Source of the DNA: Candidatus Anaeroferrophillacea bacterium
GTDB lineage: Bacteria; Desulfobacterota; Anaeroferrophillalia; Anaeroferrophillales; Anaeroferrophillaceae
Direction: 5' to 3'
DNA length: 64,000 nt
NCBI GenBank assembly: GCA_016933675.1
Contig: JAFGAM010000075.1
Coordinates: 7,822 to 71,821, forward strand
Positions 39,117-48,830 of the stretch are shown piece by piece; the stretch's first letter is position 1; the number at the start of each line of letters is the position of its first letter. Under the pieces are notes generated by a model. The model saw nothing but the letters and a program-made list of their open reading frames with translations. It was not told the origin of the DNA and ran no database searches. The translations under genes were made by a program, and so were the position numbers.

Positions 39117-41136
39117 CTCGACTCATCTCGGCGAGCAACGGCCGGCCGTGGGGACAGGTATAGCCCACCGTCACCCGGTCCAGCCGCTCCAGCAGCCGAC
39201 CGATCTCGACTTCGTCCAGGGTATCGTTGGCCTTTACCGCCAGCCGGCAGGCCAGCCGCGCCGCCAGATCGTCAAGCAGGGGCAGTTCCGCCCGCCCGCT
39301 TCCCGCCTCCAGGTCGGCGACGGTATCCTGAAACAGCCGCCCGGGTTCGGCGGGCATGGAGATGGCGGGCATGGCGGTAACCAGCACCTCGCCAGGACCG
39401 ATCTCCTCGAAGGTGAACCCCAACTCTTCGATTGCCGCACGGTACTCCTCGGCCATTGCCATCACCCGCGGATTGAGGGTCAGGGGCACCGGTAACAGTA
39501 GCGACTGAGCCGGCCGCCCGCCGGCAAGCGTCGTTTTCAACTCGTCGTACAGAATACGCTCGTGGGCCGCGTGCTGATCGATGATCAGGAGTCGGCGGTC
39601 ATGCTCCAGCAGGATGTAGCTGCGCCAGAGCTGGCCGAGCACCCGGCAGGCGGCAAATACCGGCCGGCCGCCGGTCGCCGACACCACGGCAGGGACACCG
39701 GCAGGTGGCGGAAACGGTCTGTCGGTATCCCACCGATGCAGTGCTGCCGACCTTGTGACGGGCGTCGAGGTCCTGGCGCTACCGGCTCCGGTCCACGAAC
39801 CCCGGTTACGATTGCCGCCGGGGCCACCGGCGCCACCAGCGGTGCCGGTGGCGCATCGAAGCCCGGATGCTCCACTGCCGCGGCCGGTATCAAAACACCG
39901 GTCGCCAAACAAACCGCCGCCGGGAACAGCGGCGGTTTCGCCGTCATGGGCATCATCCTGCCGGCAAACAGCGGCCCCGAGAGGCGGCTCCGCCGTCGCG
40001 GTACCGGGAACGGACGAAGACACGCTCGGCCGAAGGGAAACGCCGGCTGCCGAACCCGCCGCGGCACCGGTAAAGGAGGCGAACGGGTCGGTCGGTACGC
40101 CGCCGGCGGAACCCGGTACCGGTTGGCCGTAGCCGCTCAGAGCATCGGTAATCGCCCGCTGCAGGGCGTTGAAGACTGTGCCGGCATGGGCGAAGCGCAC
40201 CTCCTCCTTGGCCGGATGGACATTGACATCCACCACCGCGGGGTCGGCCTCGACAAACAGCACCCCGGCGGGATGACGACCACGCTCCAGCAGACCGCCG
40301 AAGGCCTTCATCACCGCCTGGGCAAGGAGCTTGTCCCGGACCATGCGGCGGTTGACGAAAAGATAGAGGCTTTTACGGTTGGCGGTGGAGGAATGGGGCC
40401 GGGTGATGAACCCGGTAACCGCGATGCCCTTCGCGCCGCCGGAAACCGGGGCAAGACGGTCCGCCAGATCGCGGCCAATGATCTCGGCCAGGCGCCGAGA
40501 CAAATCGTCCGCCGGCGGCCGACGTAACATCCGCCGGCCGTTGTGCATCAGGGTGAAACCGCATTCCGGCGCAGCGAGGGAAAAACGATTCAGGCAGTCG
40601 ACGATCATCCCGCGTTCGGTGTTGACGGCCCGAAGGAATTTCAACCGCGCGGGGACATTGTGGAACAGGTCGCGGACGGTCACCGTGGTGCCCGGCGGCG
40701 CTCCGGCGGGGGCCGCGGTGACGGCGCCGGCGTCGTCCACCGTCACCCGGGTACCGGCGACCGCGGACGGCTCACGGGTGACGAGGGAGAAACGGGAAAC
40801 GGCAGCGATGCTCGGCAGAGCCTCGCCGCGGAACCCGAAGGTGTGCAGGTCGAAGAGATCGGCATCGGTGGAAATCTTGCTGGTGGCGTGACGTTCGAGC
40901 GCCAGGCGGGCGTCCGTCGCCGCCATGCCGCGGCCGTTGTCCCGCACCTCGATAAGTCGTCGGCCGCCATCATCGATGAGAACGGTGATATCGTCGGCAC
41001 CGGCATCGAGGGCGTTTTCCACCAGCTCCTTGACCACCGACACCGGCCGCTCCACCACCTCGCCGGCGGCGATCCGGCGCTGGACCTCAGGGGGCAGAAC
41101 GACGATGCGGGCGAAAAACGGGGCGGTTTCGCTCAT
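39085..41136 (-). CDS. mutL: DNA mismatch repair endonuclease MutL
   Basis: IAAGEVVERP.SVVKELVENALDAGA, GFRGEAL, DVNVHPAK.EVRF, DQHAAHER, QSLLLP, ACR, CPHGRP. Confidence 0.96.
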   Translation of the reverse strand: MSETAPFFARIVVLPPEVQRRIAAGEVVERPVSVVKELVENALDAGADDITVLIDDGGRRLIEVRDNGRGMAATDARLALERHATSKISTDADLFDLHTFGFRGEALPSIAAVSRFSLVTREPSAVAGTRVTVDDAGAVTAAPAGAPPGTTVTVRDLFHNVPARLKFLRAVNTERGMIVDCLNRFSLAAPECGFTLMHNGRRMLRRPPADDLSRRLAEIIGRDLADRLAPVSGGAKGIAVTGFITRPHSSTANRKSLYLFVNRRMVRDKLLAQAVMKAFGGLLERGRHPAGVLFVEADPAVVDVNVHPAKEEVRFAHAGTVFNALQRAITDALSGYGQPVPGSAGGVPTDPFASFTGAAAGSAAGVSLRPSVSSSVPGTATAEPPLGAAVCRQDDAHDGETAAVPGGGLFGDRCFDTGRGSGASGLRCATGTAGGAGGPGGNRNRGSWTGAGSARTSTPVTRSAALHRWDTDRPFPPPAGVPAVVSATGGRPVFAACRVLGQLWRSYILLEHDRRLLIIDQHAAHERILYDELKTTLAGGRPAQSLLLPVPLTLNPRVMAMAEEYRAAIEELGFTFEEIGPGEVLVTAMPAISMPAEPGRLFQDTVADLEAGSGRAELPLLDDLAARLACRLAVKANDTLDEVEIGRLLERLDRVTVGYTCPHGRPLLAEMSRDEIEKLVHRR

Positions 41137-42251
41137 GGACAGTCATCTTCCGGTGTCGGGACCGTGGCGACGGTGAGCGCCGATGCCGCCCGTTCCCGCG
41201 CCAGCGCCTCGGTCTCGGCCACCAACGCGTCCAGCAACTCATTCGCCGGCAACCTGCGGACCACTTCACCGCGCCGGAACAGCAGGCCCGAACCGCGGCC
41301 GCCGGCAATACCGACGTCGGCATGGCGGGCCTCGCCGGGTCCGTTGACAACGCAGCCCATGACGGCGACGGTAAGTGGCAGGTCGATGTGCGCCAGGCGC
41401 CGCTCGGCGGCGGCGGCGAGGCCGATGAGGTCGATCTCGGTACGCCCGCAGGTGGGACAGGAAACCAACTCGATGCCGCGCCGGCGCCGCCCGAGGCTGC
41501 CGAGGATCTGATAGGCGGCAAAGATCTCGTCCACCGGATCGCCGGTGAGGGAAACGCGCAGGGTGTCACCAATACCGTCATGCAGCAGGATGCCGAGCCC
41601 CACCGCCGACTTGATCGCCCCGCGCAGGGGCGTACCGGCCTCGGTGATACCGATGTGCTGGGGATAGTCGACCCGCGTCGCCAGCAGCCGGCAAGCGGCT
41701 ACGGTGTCGGGAACATTCGATGATTTAAGCGAAATCTTGATCAGTTCGAAGCCGAAGCGCTCGAGCATGGCGACGTGCCGCAGCGCACTTTCCACCAGCG
41801 CCGCGGGAGTGGGGCCGTAGCGTTCTTCGAGATCCCGCTCGAGGGAGCCGGCGTTGACACCGATGCGGATGGGTACGCCGCGGTCGCGGCAGGCGGCAAC
41901 CACCTCCCGCACCCGGACTTCACCGCCGATGTTGCCGGGGTTGAGCCGCAGCCCGTCGACCCCCTGCGCCACCGCCATCAGCGCCAGCCGGTGATGGAAA
42001 TGGATATCGGCCACCAGCGGCAGCGGGCATTGGCGTTTGATTTCCCCCAGCACCGCCGCCGCAGCCTCGTCCGGTACCGCCACCCGCACCAGCTCGCAGC
42101 CGGCGACGGCAAGGGCACGGATCTGGGCGACGGTGGCAACGGCATCACGGGTGTCGGTATTGGTCATCGACTGGACCACCACCGGCGCGCCGCCGCCGAT
42201 GGGCAGGGTGCCGTAGTGGAGTTGACGGGTTTGGGTACGGTCGTTGGTCAT
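41133..42251 (-). CDS. ispG: (E)-4-hydroxy-3-methylbut-2-enyl-diphosphate synthase
   Basis: VQSMTNT.T, ADIHF, RLNPGN, RIGVNAGSL, GDTLRVSL, SCPTCGR, VMGCVVNGPGE. Confidence 0.97.
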   Translation of the reverse strand: MTNDRTQTRQLHYGTLPIGGGAPVVVQSMTNTDTRDAVATVAQIRALAVAGCELVRVAVPDEAAAAVLGEIKRQCPLPLVADIHFHHRLALMAVAQGVDGLRLNPGNIGGEVRVREVVAACRDRGVPIRIGVNAGSLERDLEERYGPTPAALVESALRHVAMLERFGFELIKISLKSSNVPDTVAACRLLATRVDYPQHIGITEAGTPLRGAIKSAVGLGILLHDGIGDTLRVSLTGDPVDEIFAAYQILGSLGRRRRGIELVSCPTCGRTEIDLIGLAAAAERRLAHIDLPLTVAVMGCVVNGPGEARHADVGIAGGRGSGLLFRRGEVVRRLPANELLDALVAETEALARERAASALTVATVPTPEDDCP

Positions 42252-42277
42252 GGGCAGCAGAGTCCAGGAGTCAGAAT

Positions 42278-43045
42278 TCAGGAACCAGGGGCAGGGGTCA
42301 GCGCCCCATGCCGCCGCAGACAGATGAGATACTCACGATTCCCCTTCTGCCCGGTGATGGGCGAATCGATGGTACCGTGCCATTCCCAGCCCCCGGCGAC
42401 GGCCTCGGTCACCACCCGGTCCCGGGCCCACTGCCGGGCGGCGGCATCCCGAACGATACCGCCCTTCCCCACCGCCCCGCGGCCGACCTCAAACTGCGGT
42501 TTCACCAGCGCCACCAGGACCGCCGCGGGAGCCACCAGCCCGCGCACCACCGGCAGCACCAGATCGAGGGAGATGAAGGAAACGTCGACAACGGCGAAAT
42601 CGGGCACCTCGGGGAGATCGGCCGGCCGCAGGTGACGAATGTTGGTACGGTCCATGACTACCACCCGCTCGTCTTGCCGCACCTCCCAGGCAAGCTGGCC
42701 GTAGCCCACGTCGACGGCATACACCCGCCGTACGCCGCGTTGCAGCAGGCAGTGGGTAAACCCGCCGGTGGAAGCACCCACGTCCAAAGCCACACAGCCC
42801 AGCGGCGATAGTTCGAAGGCGTCCAGCGCCGCCGCGAGCTTGAGCCCGCCGCGACCGACAAAGGGAATATCCTCGCCTTTGAGCCGCAACGGAATATCCA
42901 CCGGCACCTTCACCCCGGCCTTGTCCAGCACCCGCTCCTCCCCCAGCACCCGCCCGGCAAGGATGAGCGCCCGGGCCCGCTCCCGGCTCGCTGCCAGGCC
43001 GCGGGCCACCAGCAGCACGTCCAGTCGCTCCCGTTCAACCGCCAT
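42278..43045 (-). CDS. tlyA: TlyA family rRNA 2'-O-methyltransferase
   Basis: S4 domain RLDVLLV.RGL..SRE, GRGGLKL, DVGASTGGFT, DVSFISL, LVKPQFE, SPITG..GN.E. Confidence 0.93.
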   Translation of the reverse strand: MAVERERLDVLLVARGLAASRERARALILAGRVLGEERVLDKAGVKVPVDIPLRLKGEDIPFVGRGGLKLAAALDAFELSPLGCVALDVGASTGGFTHCLLQRGVRRVYAVDVGYGQLAWEVRQDERVVVMDRTNIRHLRPADLPEVPDFAVVDVSFISLDLVLPVVRGLVAPAAVLVALVKPQFEVGRGAVGKGGIVRDAAARQWARDRVVTEAVAGGWEWHGTIDSPITGQKGNREYLICLRRHGALTPAPGS

Positions 43046-43051
43046 GCGGGT

Positions 43052-43246
43052 TCAGGACTTGAGCGCGGCGTTCATCTCGTCCACCAGGGCGTCGGGATTC
43101 AGGCCGTGGGCCAGGGCGCCCTCCTCGATGGTCTCGAACATCGACGCCGAACAGCCGAGACAACCCATGCCCTTGCCGGCGAATACCTCGGCCGCCCGGG
43201 GATACTTGGTCAACAGGTCGCGAATGGGGGTGTTTTTGGTGATCAT
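43052..43246 (-). CDS. DUF1858 (hybrid-cluster-associated redox disulfide) protein
   Basis: ITK...I.D....P....VF...GMGCLGC.....ETIEEGA..HG; GGAGG RBS. Confidence 0.85.
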   Translation of the reverse strand: MITKNTPIRDLLTKYPRAAEVFAGKGMGCLGCSASMFETIEEGALAHGLNPDALVDEMNAALKS

Positions 43247-43329
43247 GTCATGCTCCTCCAGGGAATATGCCGCAGGTTTCAGTAATCCAATCATTTTGGT
43301 TCAGTTTATATCACAATCACCCTCGCCTG

Positions 43330-44766
43330 TCAGCACAATTGTGCCCGCATGATACCATCTCCAAGTTCACGGGACATTACTTCGATCATGCGACCGACCA
43401 GGTTCTCGATACCCTCGCGGCAACCCTCGACCGCCACCGGCAGATAGTTGTCACTGCGACCCACGGCCTGCCAGACGGGACCGTCGGCCGCGGCACCACA
43501 AGCTTGCACCCGCTCTACCAGTACATTCATGCAGTGCATGAGATTTTTTTTGTAACATTCCAGTTTCTTTTGCTTTCCCAGCTCGACCAACTGTTTTGCA
43601 CGGGACGTTCGCACGCCCTCGGGGACCTGTCCCGACATCTCTGCCGCCGGAGTGCCGGGGCGCGACGACCAGGGGAAGACATGCAGGTAGGCGAAGGGCA
43701 GATCGCGAACCAGCGCCCGGGTAGCGGCGAAAGCGGCATCGGTCTCACCGGGAAAACCGCAGATTACGTCGGCACCGACGGTGACCCGGGGAGCACGGCG
43801 AACAAGATCGGTCATGAGTGCGGTCACCGCGGCGCTGCCGTAGGGCCGGCCCATGGCTGCCAGTACCCGGTCATCGCCGGACTGCAGGGAGAGGTGCAGA
43901 TGGGCACAGACACCGGAATCCGGTGCGGCAATACGTTCTAATAGCTGCGGCGTAATCTCCGGCGGCTGGAGTGAACCCAGGCGCAGGCGCACCCCCGGTA
44001 CCGCCTCCCGCAAGCGATCCACCAGTTCCTCCAGAGAGGTGCGCGGCTCCAGGTCGACACCGTAGCACCCGAGATGGACGCCGGTCAAAACGATCTCGCG
44101 GAATCCCGCCGCCGCCAGCCCGACGGCCTCTGCCGCTGCCGGTCCCGGCGGCATACTGCGGGGGCGACCGCGCAGGCGGGGAATGATGCAATAGCGGCAG
44201 AAACTGTCGCAGCCGTCCTGAACCTTGAGAAAGGCCCGGGCACGGTCTCCGAATCCGGCGGCCCGCAGTGCCGCCACCGGCAGTTCCCCGGTAAACCCGA
44301 AGCACTCCGGCGCGGCAACCACTGCCGGAGCCGGTGAACCGGCTGGTAACGGCGAGGATGGCGGGGAGGAAAGACACGCTGAAATCAAGCCGGATGAAGT
44401 CGGAGCAGATGACGACAGCCGACCGGCGAGCCACGCCACCAACCGCTCCTTGCCGGGGTTGCCGACCACCGCGGCAACCCCGGGGATCGCCGCCACCTCG
44501 TCGGGGGCAAGTTGGGCGTAGCAGCCGGTAACCACCAGCAGGGCGTCGGGATGGCGACGGTGCAGCCGGCGGATGAGCTGGCGGCTCTGCATCCCGGCGC
44601 GGGCGGTAACGGCGCAGGTATTGACGACAATCACCGGCGGTCGGGTTCCATCATTGCCAACACCGGCATCAGCGGCACCCAGCACCCGCCGGCAGGCATT
44701 TTCCAAGGCGGCTGATTCATAGAAATTGATCTTGCACCCGAGGGTATGGATCGCCAATCCGCTCAC
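43330..44766 (-). CDS. mtaB: tRNA methylthiotransferase MtaB (radical SAM)
   Basis: TLGCKINFYES, NTCAVT, TGCYAQ, KVQDGCDSFCRYCIIP, HVFP.S.RPGT.A; GTGA overlap with mnmA. Confidence 0.9.
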   Translation of the reverse strand: MSGLAIHTLGCKINFYESAALENACRRVLGAADAGVGNDGTRPPVIVVNTCAVTARAGMQSRQLIRRLHRRHPDALLVVTGCYAQLAPDEVAAIPGVAAVVGNPGKERLVAWLAGRLSSSAPTSSGLISACLSSPPSSPLPAGSPAPAVVAAPECFGFTGELPVAALRAAGFGDRARAFLKVQDGCDSFCRYCIIPRLRGRPRSMPPGPAAAEAVGLAAAGFREIVLTGVHLGCYGVDLEPRTSLEELVDRLREAVPGVRLRLGSLQPPEITPQLLERIAAPDSGVCAHLHLSLQSGDDRVLAAMGRPYGSAAVTALMTDLVRRAPRVTVGADVICGFPGETDAAFAATRALVRDLPFAYLHVFPWSSRPGTPAAEMSGQVPEGVRTSRAKQLVELGKQKKLECYKKNLMHCMNVLVERVQACGAAADGPVWQAVGRSDNYLPVAVEGCREGIENLVGRMIEVMSRELGDGIMRAQLC

Positions 44767-45806
44767 AGAATACTCCCGCCGCCGAGGAGAAACGATCCGT
44801 CGTAAAAGGCCGCCGTCTGCCCCGGGGTAACGGCGAACTGCGGCGCGGCGAAGACCACCGCCGCCCGGCCGCCGTCCAGGGGCCGCACCCGCGCCGGCGC
44901 CGCCCGATGGCGATAGCGGACCTGGCAGAAAAGCCCTGCCGGCAACACCGCCGGGTCCACAAACCAGTTGCATGTCTCGACAATAAACTCCCGGCGATAA
45001 AGCTCCCGCCGTTCGGCCACCACCACCAGGCGTTCAGCCGGTTTTACGGCATATACGTAGAGCGGTTCGGAGTGGGCGATACCAAGCCCCCGGCGCTGAC
45101 CGACGGTGAACCGGTGTACCCCGTCATGGTGCCCCAGCACCCGGCCGGCGCGGTCGACGATGTCGCCGGCAGTCGCCTTCACCTCACCCGCACCGGCGGC
45201 CGAAGAACCCGCGGGAAAAGCATCGGCGGCAAAACACAGCTCCCGGCTCTCGCAATAGCTTTCCAGCGCCATGCCAAGCTGCCGGACAATGCCGCGGACG
45301 GATTCCTTGGTCAGTTCACCGAGGGGAAAAAGACAACGGGAAACGAGGGCCAGAGGCACCAGGGCAAGAAAATAGCTCTGCTCCTTTGCCTCATCGACGC
45401 CCCGGACGGGAACCGGGCCACCGCCGGCGCCCGGCCACGCCCCCCGGCGGCAGTAGTGGCCGGTGGCGATGTTGTCGATACCCAGTTCGTCGGCCGCCGC
45501 CGCCAGCCCGACGAATTTTATCCGCTCATTGCACCAGGCACAGGGGTTGGGGGTCCGTCCGGCGGCGTAGGTCTCCCGGGTTGGTTTCACCACCCGGGCG
45601 GTGAAATCCTCGGTGAGGTCACGGAAGAAAACCGGCATATCGATAAGCCGGGCCGCATAACACACCCGGGTATGGAATGATCCCCGGTTGCCGGGCACCA
45701 GGTCGAGAGCCAGCAGATGCACCTCGAAACCGGCCTCACGGAGCAGCCGGGCCGCCGCCAGGGAATCGATCCCGCCGCTGAAGCCGACAAGCACCGGGCG
45801 CTTCAT
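44763..45806 (-). CDS. mnmA: tRNA 2-thiouridylase MnmA
   Basis: SGGIDS, TPNPCAWCN..IKF, ATGHY, K.QSYFL, ES.ELCF, FTVGQRRGLG, PGQ. Confidence 0.93.
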   Translation of the reverse strand: MKRPVLVGFSGGIDSLAAARLLREAGFEVHLLALDLVPGNRGSFHTRVCYAARLIDMPVFFRDLTEDFTARVVKPTRETYAAGRTPNPCAWCNERIKFVGLAAAADELGIDNIATGHYCRRGAWPGAGGGPVPVRGVDEAKEQSYFLALVPLALVSRCLFPLGELTKESVRGIVRQLGMALESYCESRELCFAADAFPAGSSAAGAGEVKATAGDIVDRAGRVLGHHDGVHRFTVGQRRGLGIAHSEPLYVYAVKPAERLVVVAERRELYRREFIVETCNWFVDPAVLPAGLFCQVRYRHRAAPARVRPLDGGRAAVVFAAPQFAVTPGQTAAFYDGSFLLGGGSIL

Positions 45807-45808
45807 GT

Positions 45809-46972
45809 CTACCGGTGCCGGCGGGGTGAGATGCGCCAGAGGCCGTCCGTCACCGCCGCCAGGTCATCGACGAAACGGGCGATTTCGGCGGCCGTGGTCC
45901 AGCGGCCGATACTGACCCGGAGTGCCCCCTGGATGACATCCGGAGCGACGCCCATGGCGGTTAGCACCGGCGAACCGGCACCGCTTTCCGAAGCGCAGGC
46001 CGAACCGGCGGAAACGGCAATGCCGCGGAGATCGAGATGCAGCCGCAGGGATTCGCCGTCGACATCGGGCACCGAGAAACAGGAGGTGTTGGTCACCCGT
46101 GTCTGCCGGTCACCGTGAAAAACGATGCCGGGGATACGTGCCGCCAGCCCCTCTTCCAGTCCGTCACGCAGTTCCCGACAATGCTCGCTCTCGACTTCCC
46201 GATGTTCCGCCAGCAGATCCAGGGCGGCACCCAAAGCGACGATACCGGCGACATTTTCCGTGCCGCTGCGCCGTCCATCTTCCTGGCCGCCACCGTGGAT
46301 CAGGGGTTCAAGGCTTACCCCGGGACGGACCCACAGCGCACCGATACCCTTGGGAGCGTAGCATTTATGGCCGGAAAGCGAGAGCAGGTCGACACCGAGT
46401 TCGTCCACCCGGACGGGCACCTTGCCCACCGCCTGGACCGCATCGGTGTGCAGCAGCACCCCCCGCGCCCGGGTGATGCGGGCAATATCGGGGATGGGAA
46501 GGATCACTCCGGTTTCGTTGTTGACCAGCATGATGGAAACCAGGACGGTATCGTCAGTAAGCGCCGCCGCCACCGCGCCCGGATCGAGAAGCCCGCGGCC
46601 GTCCACCGGCAGCACTGTCAGCCGCACCCCGAGGTGGGCGAGAAACGCGGCGGTCTGTTTCACCGCCGGATGCTCCACCGCCGAGATCACCAGGTGAACG
46701 CGCCCCGGCGGCCGGCCGCAGCCGTACACCACGCCCTTGAGGGCGAGGTTGTCGCTCTCGGAACCGCCGCCGGTGAAGACGATCTCCTCGGGACGGGCAC
46801 CGAGAAACGCCGCCGTCCGCTGTCTGGCGGCGGCAACCGACGTCCGCACCGCCTGACCGGCCCAGTGGCTGCTCGATGGATTGCCGAAATGTTCACCGAG
46901 AAACGGACGCATGGCATCTACAACCCGGCGGTCGACGGGCGTAGTGCCGTTGTAATCGAGATACACGTTCAT
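45809..46972 (-). CDS. iscS: cysteine desulfurase IscS/NifS
   Basis: YLDYNGTTP, GNPSS.H, EHPAV, NNETG, HTDAVQ, SGHK, GGGQE..RRSGTEN, SAGSAC. Confidence 0.93.
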   Translation of the reverse strand: MNVYLDYNGTTPVDRRVVDAMRPFLGEHFGNPSSSHWAGQAVRTSVAAARQRTAAFLGARPEEIVFTGGGSESDNLALKGVVYGCGRPPGRVHLVISAVEHPAVKQTAAFLAHLGVRLTVLPVDGRGLLDPGAVAAALTDDTVLVSIMLVNNETGVILPIPDIARITRARGVLLHTDAVQAVGKVPVRVDELGVDLLSLSGHKCYAPKGIGALWVRPGVSLEPLIHGGGQEDGRRSGTENVAGIVALGAALDLLAEHREVESEHCRELRDGLEEGLAARIPGIVFHGDRQTRVTNTSCFSVPDVDGESLRLHLDLRGIAVSAGSACASESGAGSPVLTAMGVAPDVIQGALRVSIGRWTTAAEIARFVDDLAAVTDGLWRISPRRHR

Positions 46973-47406
46973 CGGATCTGTCGATCGATGATCTGCCGGA
47001 GGGTCAGGGTCTCCAGATAGGAACTGATGTGCTGCTCGAGCTTTTCCCACACCGGCCGCGCCAGACAGGCACCGCCGCCCTTGCGGGGTGCACCGCAGGC
47101 GGTGGCTTCGTGGGTGCATTTGGAGCAATCGACCGGCTGCACGGTCTCGTTCACCACATCCATGACCTCACCGACGGTGATTTCCTCCAGCGGCCGGGCG
47201 AAAAGGTAGCCACCCCCGGGACCGCGGACGCTCCTCACCAGCCCGGCACGGCGCAGATGGACGAACAGCTGCTCCAGATAGCTGACGGAGATCTTCTCGT
47301 GCTCACTGATCTGCTTGAGTGAAACCGGCCGTTCACTACCGTTGGCGATGCAGGCCAGGGCCAGCATGGAACGCAGTGAGTACCTTCCTTTGGTCGACAG
47401 CTTCAA
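46969..47406 (-). CDS. iscR: Rrf2-family regulator, IscR/CymR-like
   Basis: KLSTKGRY, ISVSYLEQLF..LRRAGLV.SVRGPGGGY; Cys-rich C-terminal segment; TTG start overlapping upstream stop. Confidence 0.85.
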   Translation of the reverse strand: MKLSTKGRYSLRSMLALACIANGSERPVSLKQISEHEKISVSYLEQLFVHLRRAGLVRSVRGPGGGYLFARPLEEITVGEVMDVVNETVQPVDCSKCTHEATACGAPRKGGGACLARPVWEKLEQHISSYLETLTLRQIIDRQIR

Positions 47407-47807
47407 AAGCTCACCTCCATGGCTCGCGGGGGGCAGGCGGTCACGCACAGGCCGCAGGCACTGCATTTGTCCGGATCGAAACGGACAAACATCGACGGCC
47501 GTTCGATGGCCAGTGCGCCGGTGGGACAAATCGCCGTACAGGCCCCGCAATGGGTGCATCGCTCCTCGTTGCGATGCACGTTTTTGGTTACCGGATCGAC
47601 CTGAACACCCTGATTCTGGAGATAATGCAGTCCCAGTTCCAGCTGCCGGACATCACCGTCGATTTCCATCACCAGGTAGCTTTCCTGTTTCGGCAGGATA
47701 ACCGCCTTCAATATGTTGAACACCAGGTCGTAATCCCTGATGAGTCGATAGACGATGGGCTTATCGTAGTTGGTGGTGTCGAAATGCAGAACGTACGTAT
47801 TTTTCAT
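47403..47807 (-). CDS. NIL-domain 2x[4Fe-4S] ferredoxin
   Basis: KPIVYRLIRDYDLVFNILKA (NIL) plus CTHCGACTAICP and CSACGLCVTACP. Confidence 0.9.
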   Translation of the reverse strand: MKNTYVLHFDTTNYDKPIVYRLIRDYDLVFNILKAVILPKQESYLVMEIDGDVRQLELGLHYLQNQGVQVDPVTKNVHRNEERCTHCGACTAICPTGALAIERPSMFVRFDPDKCSACGLCVTACPPRAMEVSF

Positions 47808-48041
47808 CCCTCTCCCCTGGATTCCTGATCGCCGGCGGCGTATCTTTTCCACGCACCCGGCCGCGGTACCACCCCGGGTCATCACCACCCGGCCCCGCGG
47901 CCGAACCCGGGCGATATGCCTACGGACACAAACCTTTCAGCCGACAACACGGGCCGTAAACTTGTGACCCGAACCCGCAGCGGCAAAACCGCCGCGATGA
48001 TCAAAGCGTCGAAACAACCGGAGCGCGGCGGCGGGTTGAAG

Positions 48042-48806
48042 TCAGCCCGGCTGACGCGGCCCGAGGGAGACCAGTTCCAGTTCTCCCCCGGCGGCAAGAT
48101 CGCGGCCGATGATGATCACCGCACCCCGCACCCCCGGCACCGTCAGCGCCTCCCGCACCGCCGGCTGAAGGTCCCCCGGCCGACCGACGCGGTTCGCCGT
48201 GGCAGTGGCCAGGGCATCGGCCAACACGCTGTTGTCGGCATAGATAACGGCGGCATCGGCACAACCGAAGCTGAGCGAATGACCGACGCTGGCCGACGAG
48301 GTACATATTCCGGCGGCAAACGGCTCATCACGCCTTAGCCGGACGGCAACCCGGTCGCTCAGCACCGACGGCCCGGCATGGATACCCACCAGATACTCCT
48401 TCTGCCCGGCCATGAAGATGTCGCCGCCGTTTTCGACAATCACCCGGTCGGCGTGCTCCAGCAACTCGCGGCCCACGGCTTCGGCGATGGCCCCGGCCAC
48501 CGCCGCCATGGGACCGACGCCGGCGGTCCGGGTGGCGGCAATCATATCCCGGATCATCGCCGGCAACAGCCCTTCATCCGGCACCACAAACGGATCAAGC
48601 TGGAACCTGACCTCGGGATAACGGTCGAGAAAAGCCTCAACCTGGCGCCGACTGAGCACTACTCGGGCCAGGGCCAGATCGCGCAGCCCGACCGTCGAGG
48701 TCCAGATATGCAGGTCCGTTTCGCCCACGGAAACGGTGAAATCCGTTAATCCCCCGGGGGCTTCGCCGGTGCGGTACCAGCGCCGGCTATGCGCTGTACG
48801 AGGCAC
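48042..48806 (-). CDS. UPF0280 / ApbE-like protein (COG2122 type)
   Basis: ETDL, GVGPMAAVAGAIAE, IVENGGDI, GICTSSASVGHSLSFG.ADA, ADALATA..N. Confidence 0.9.
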   Translation of the reverse strand: MPRTAHSRRWYRTGEAPGGLTDFTVSVGETDLHIWTSTVGLRDLALARVVLSRRQVEAFLDRYPEVRFQLDPFVVPDEGLLPAMIRDMIAATRTAGVGPMAAVAGAIAEAVGRELLEHADRVIVENGGDIFMAGQKEYLVGIHAGPSVLSDRVAVRLRRDEPFAAGICTSSASVGHSLSFGCADAAVIYADNSVLADALATATANRVGRPGDLQPAVREALTVPGVRGAVIIIGRDLAAGGELELVSLGPRQPG

Positions 48807-48830
48807 AGTGGGTTCCGTATAAAGTAGACA

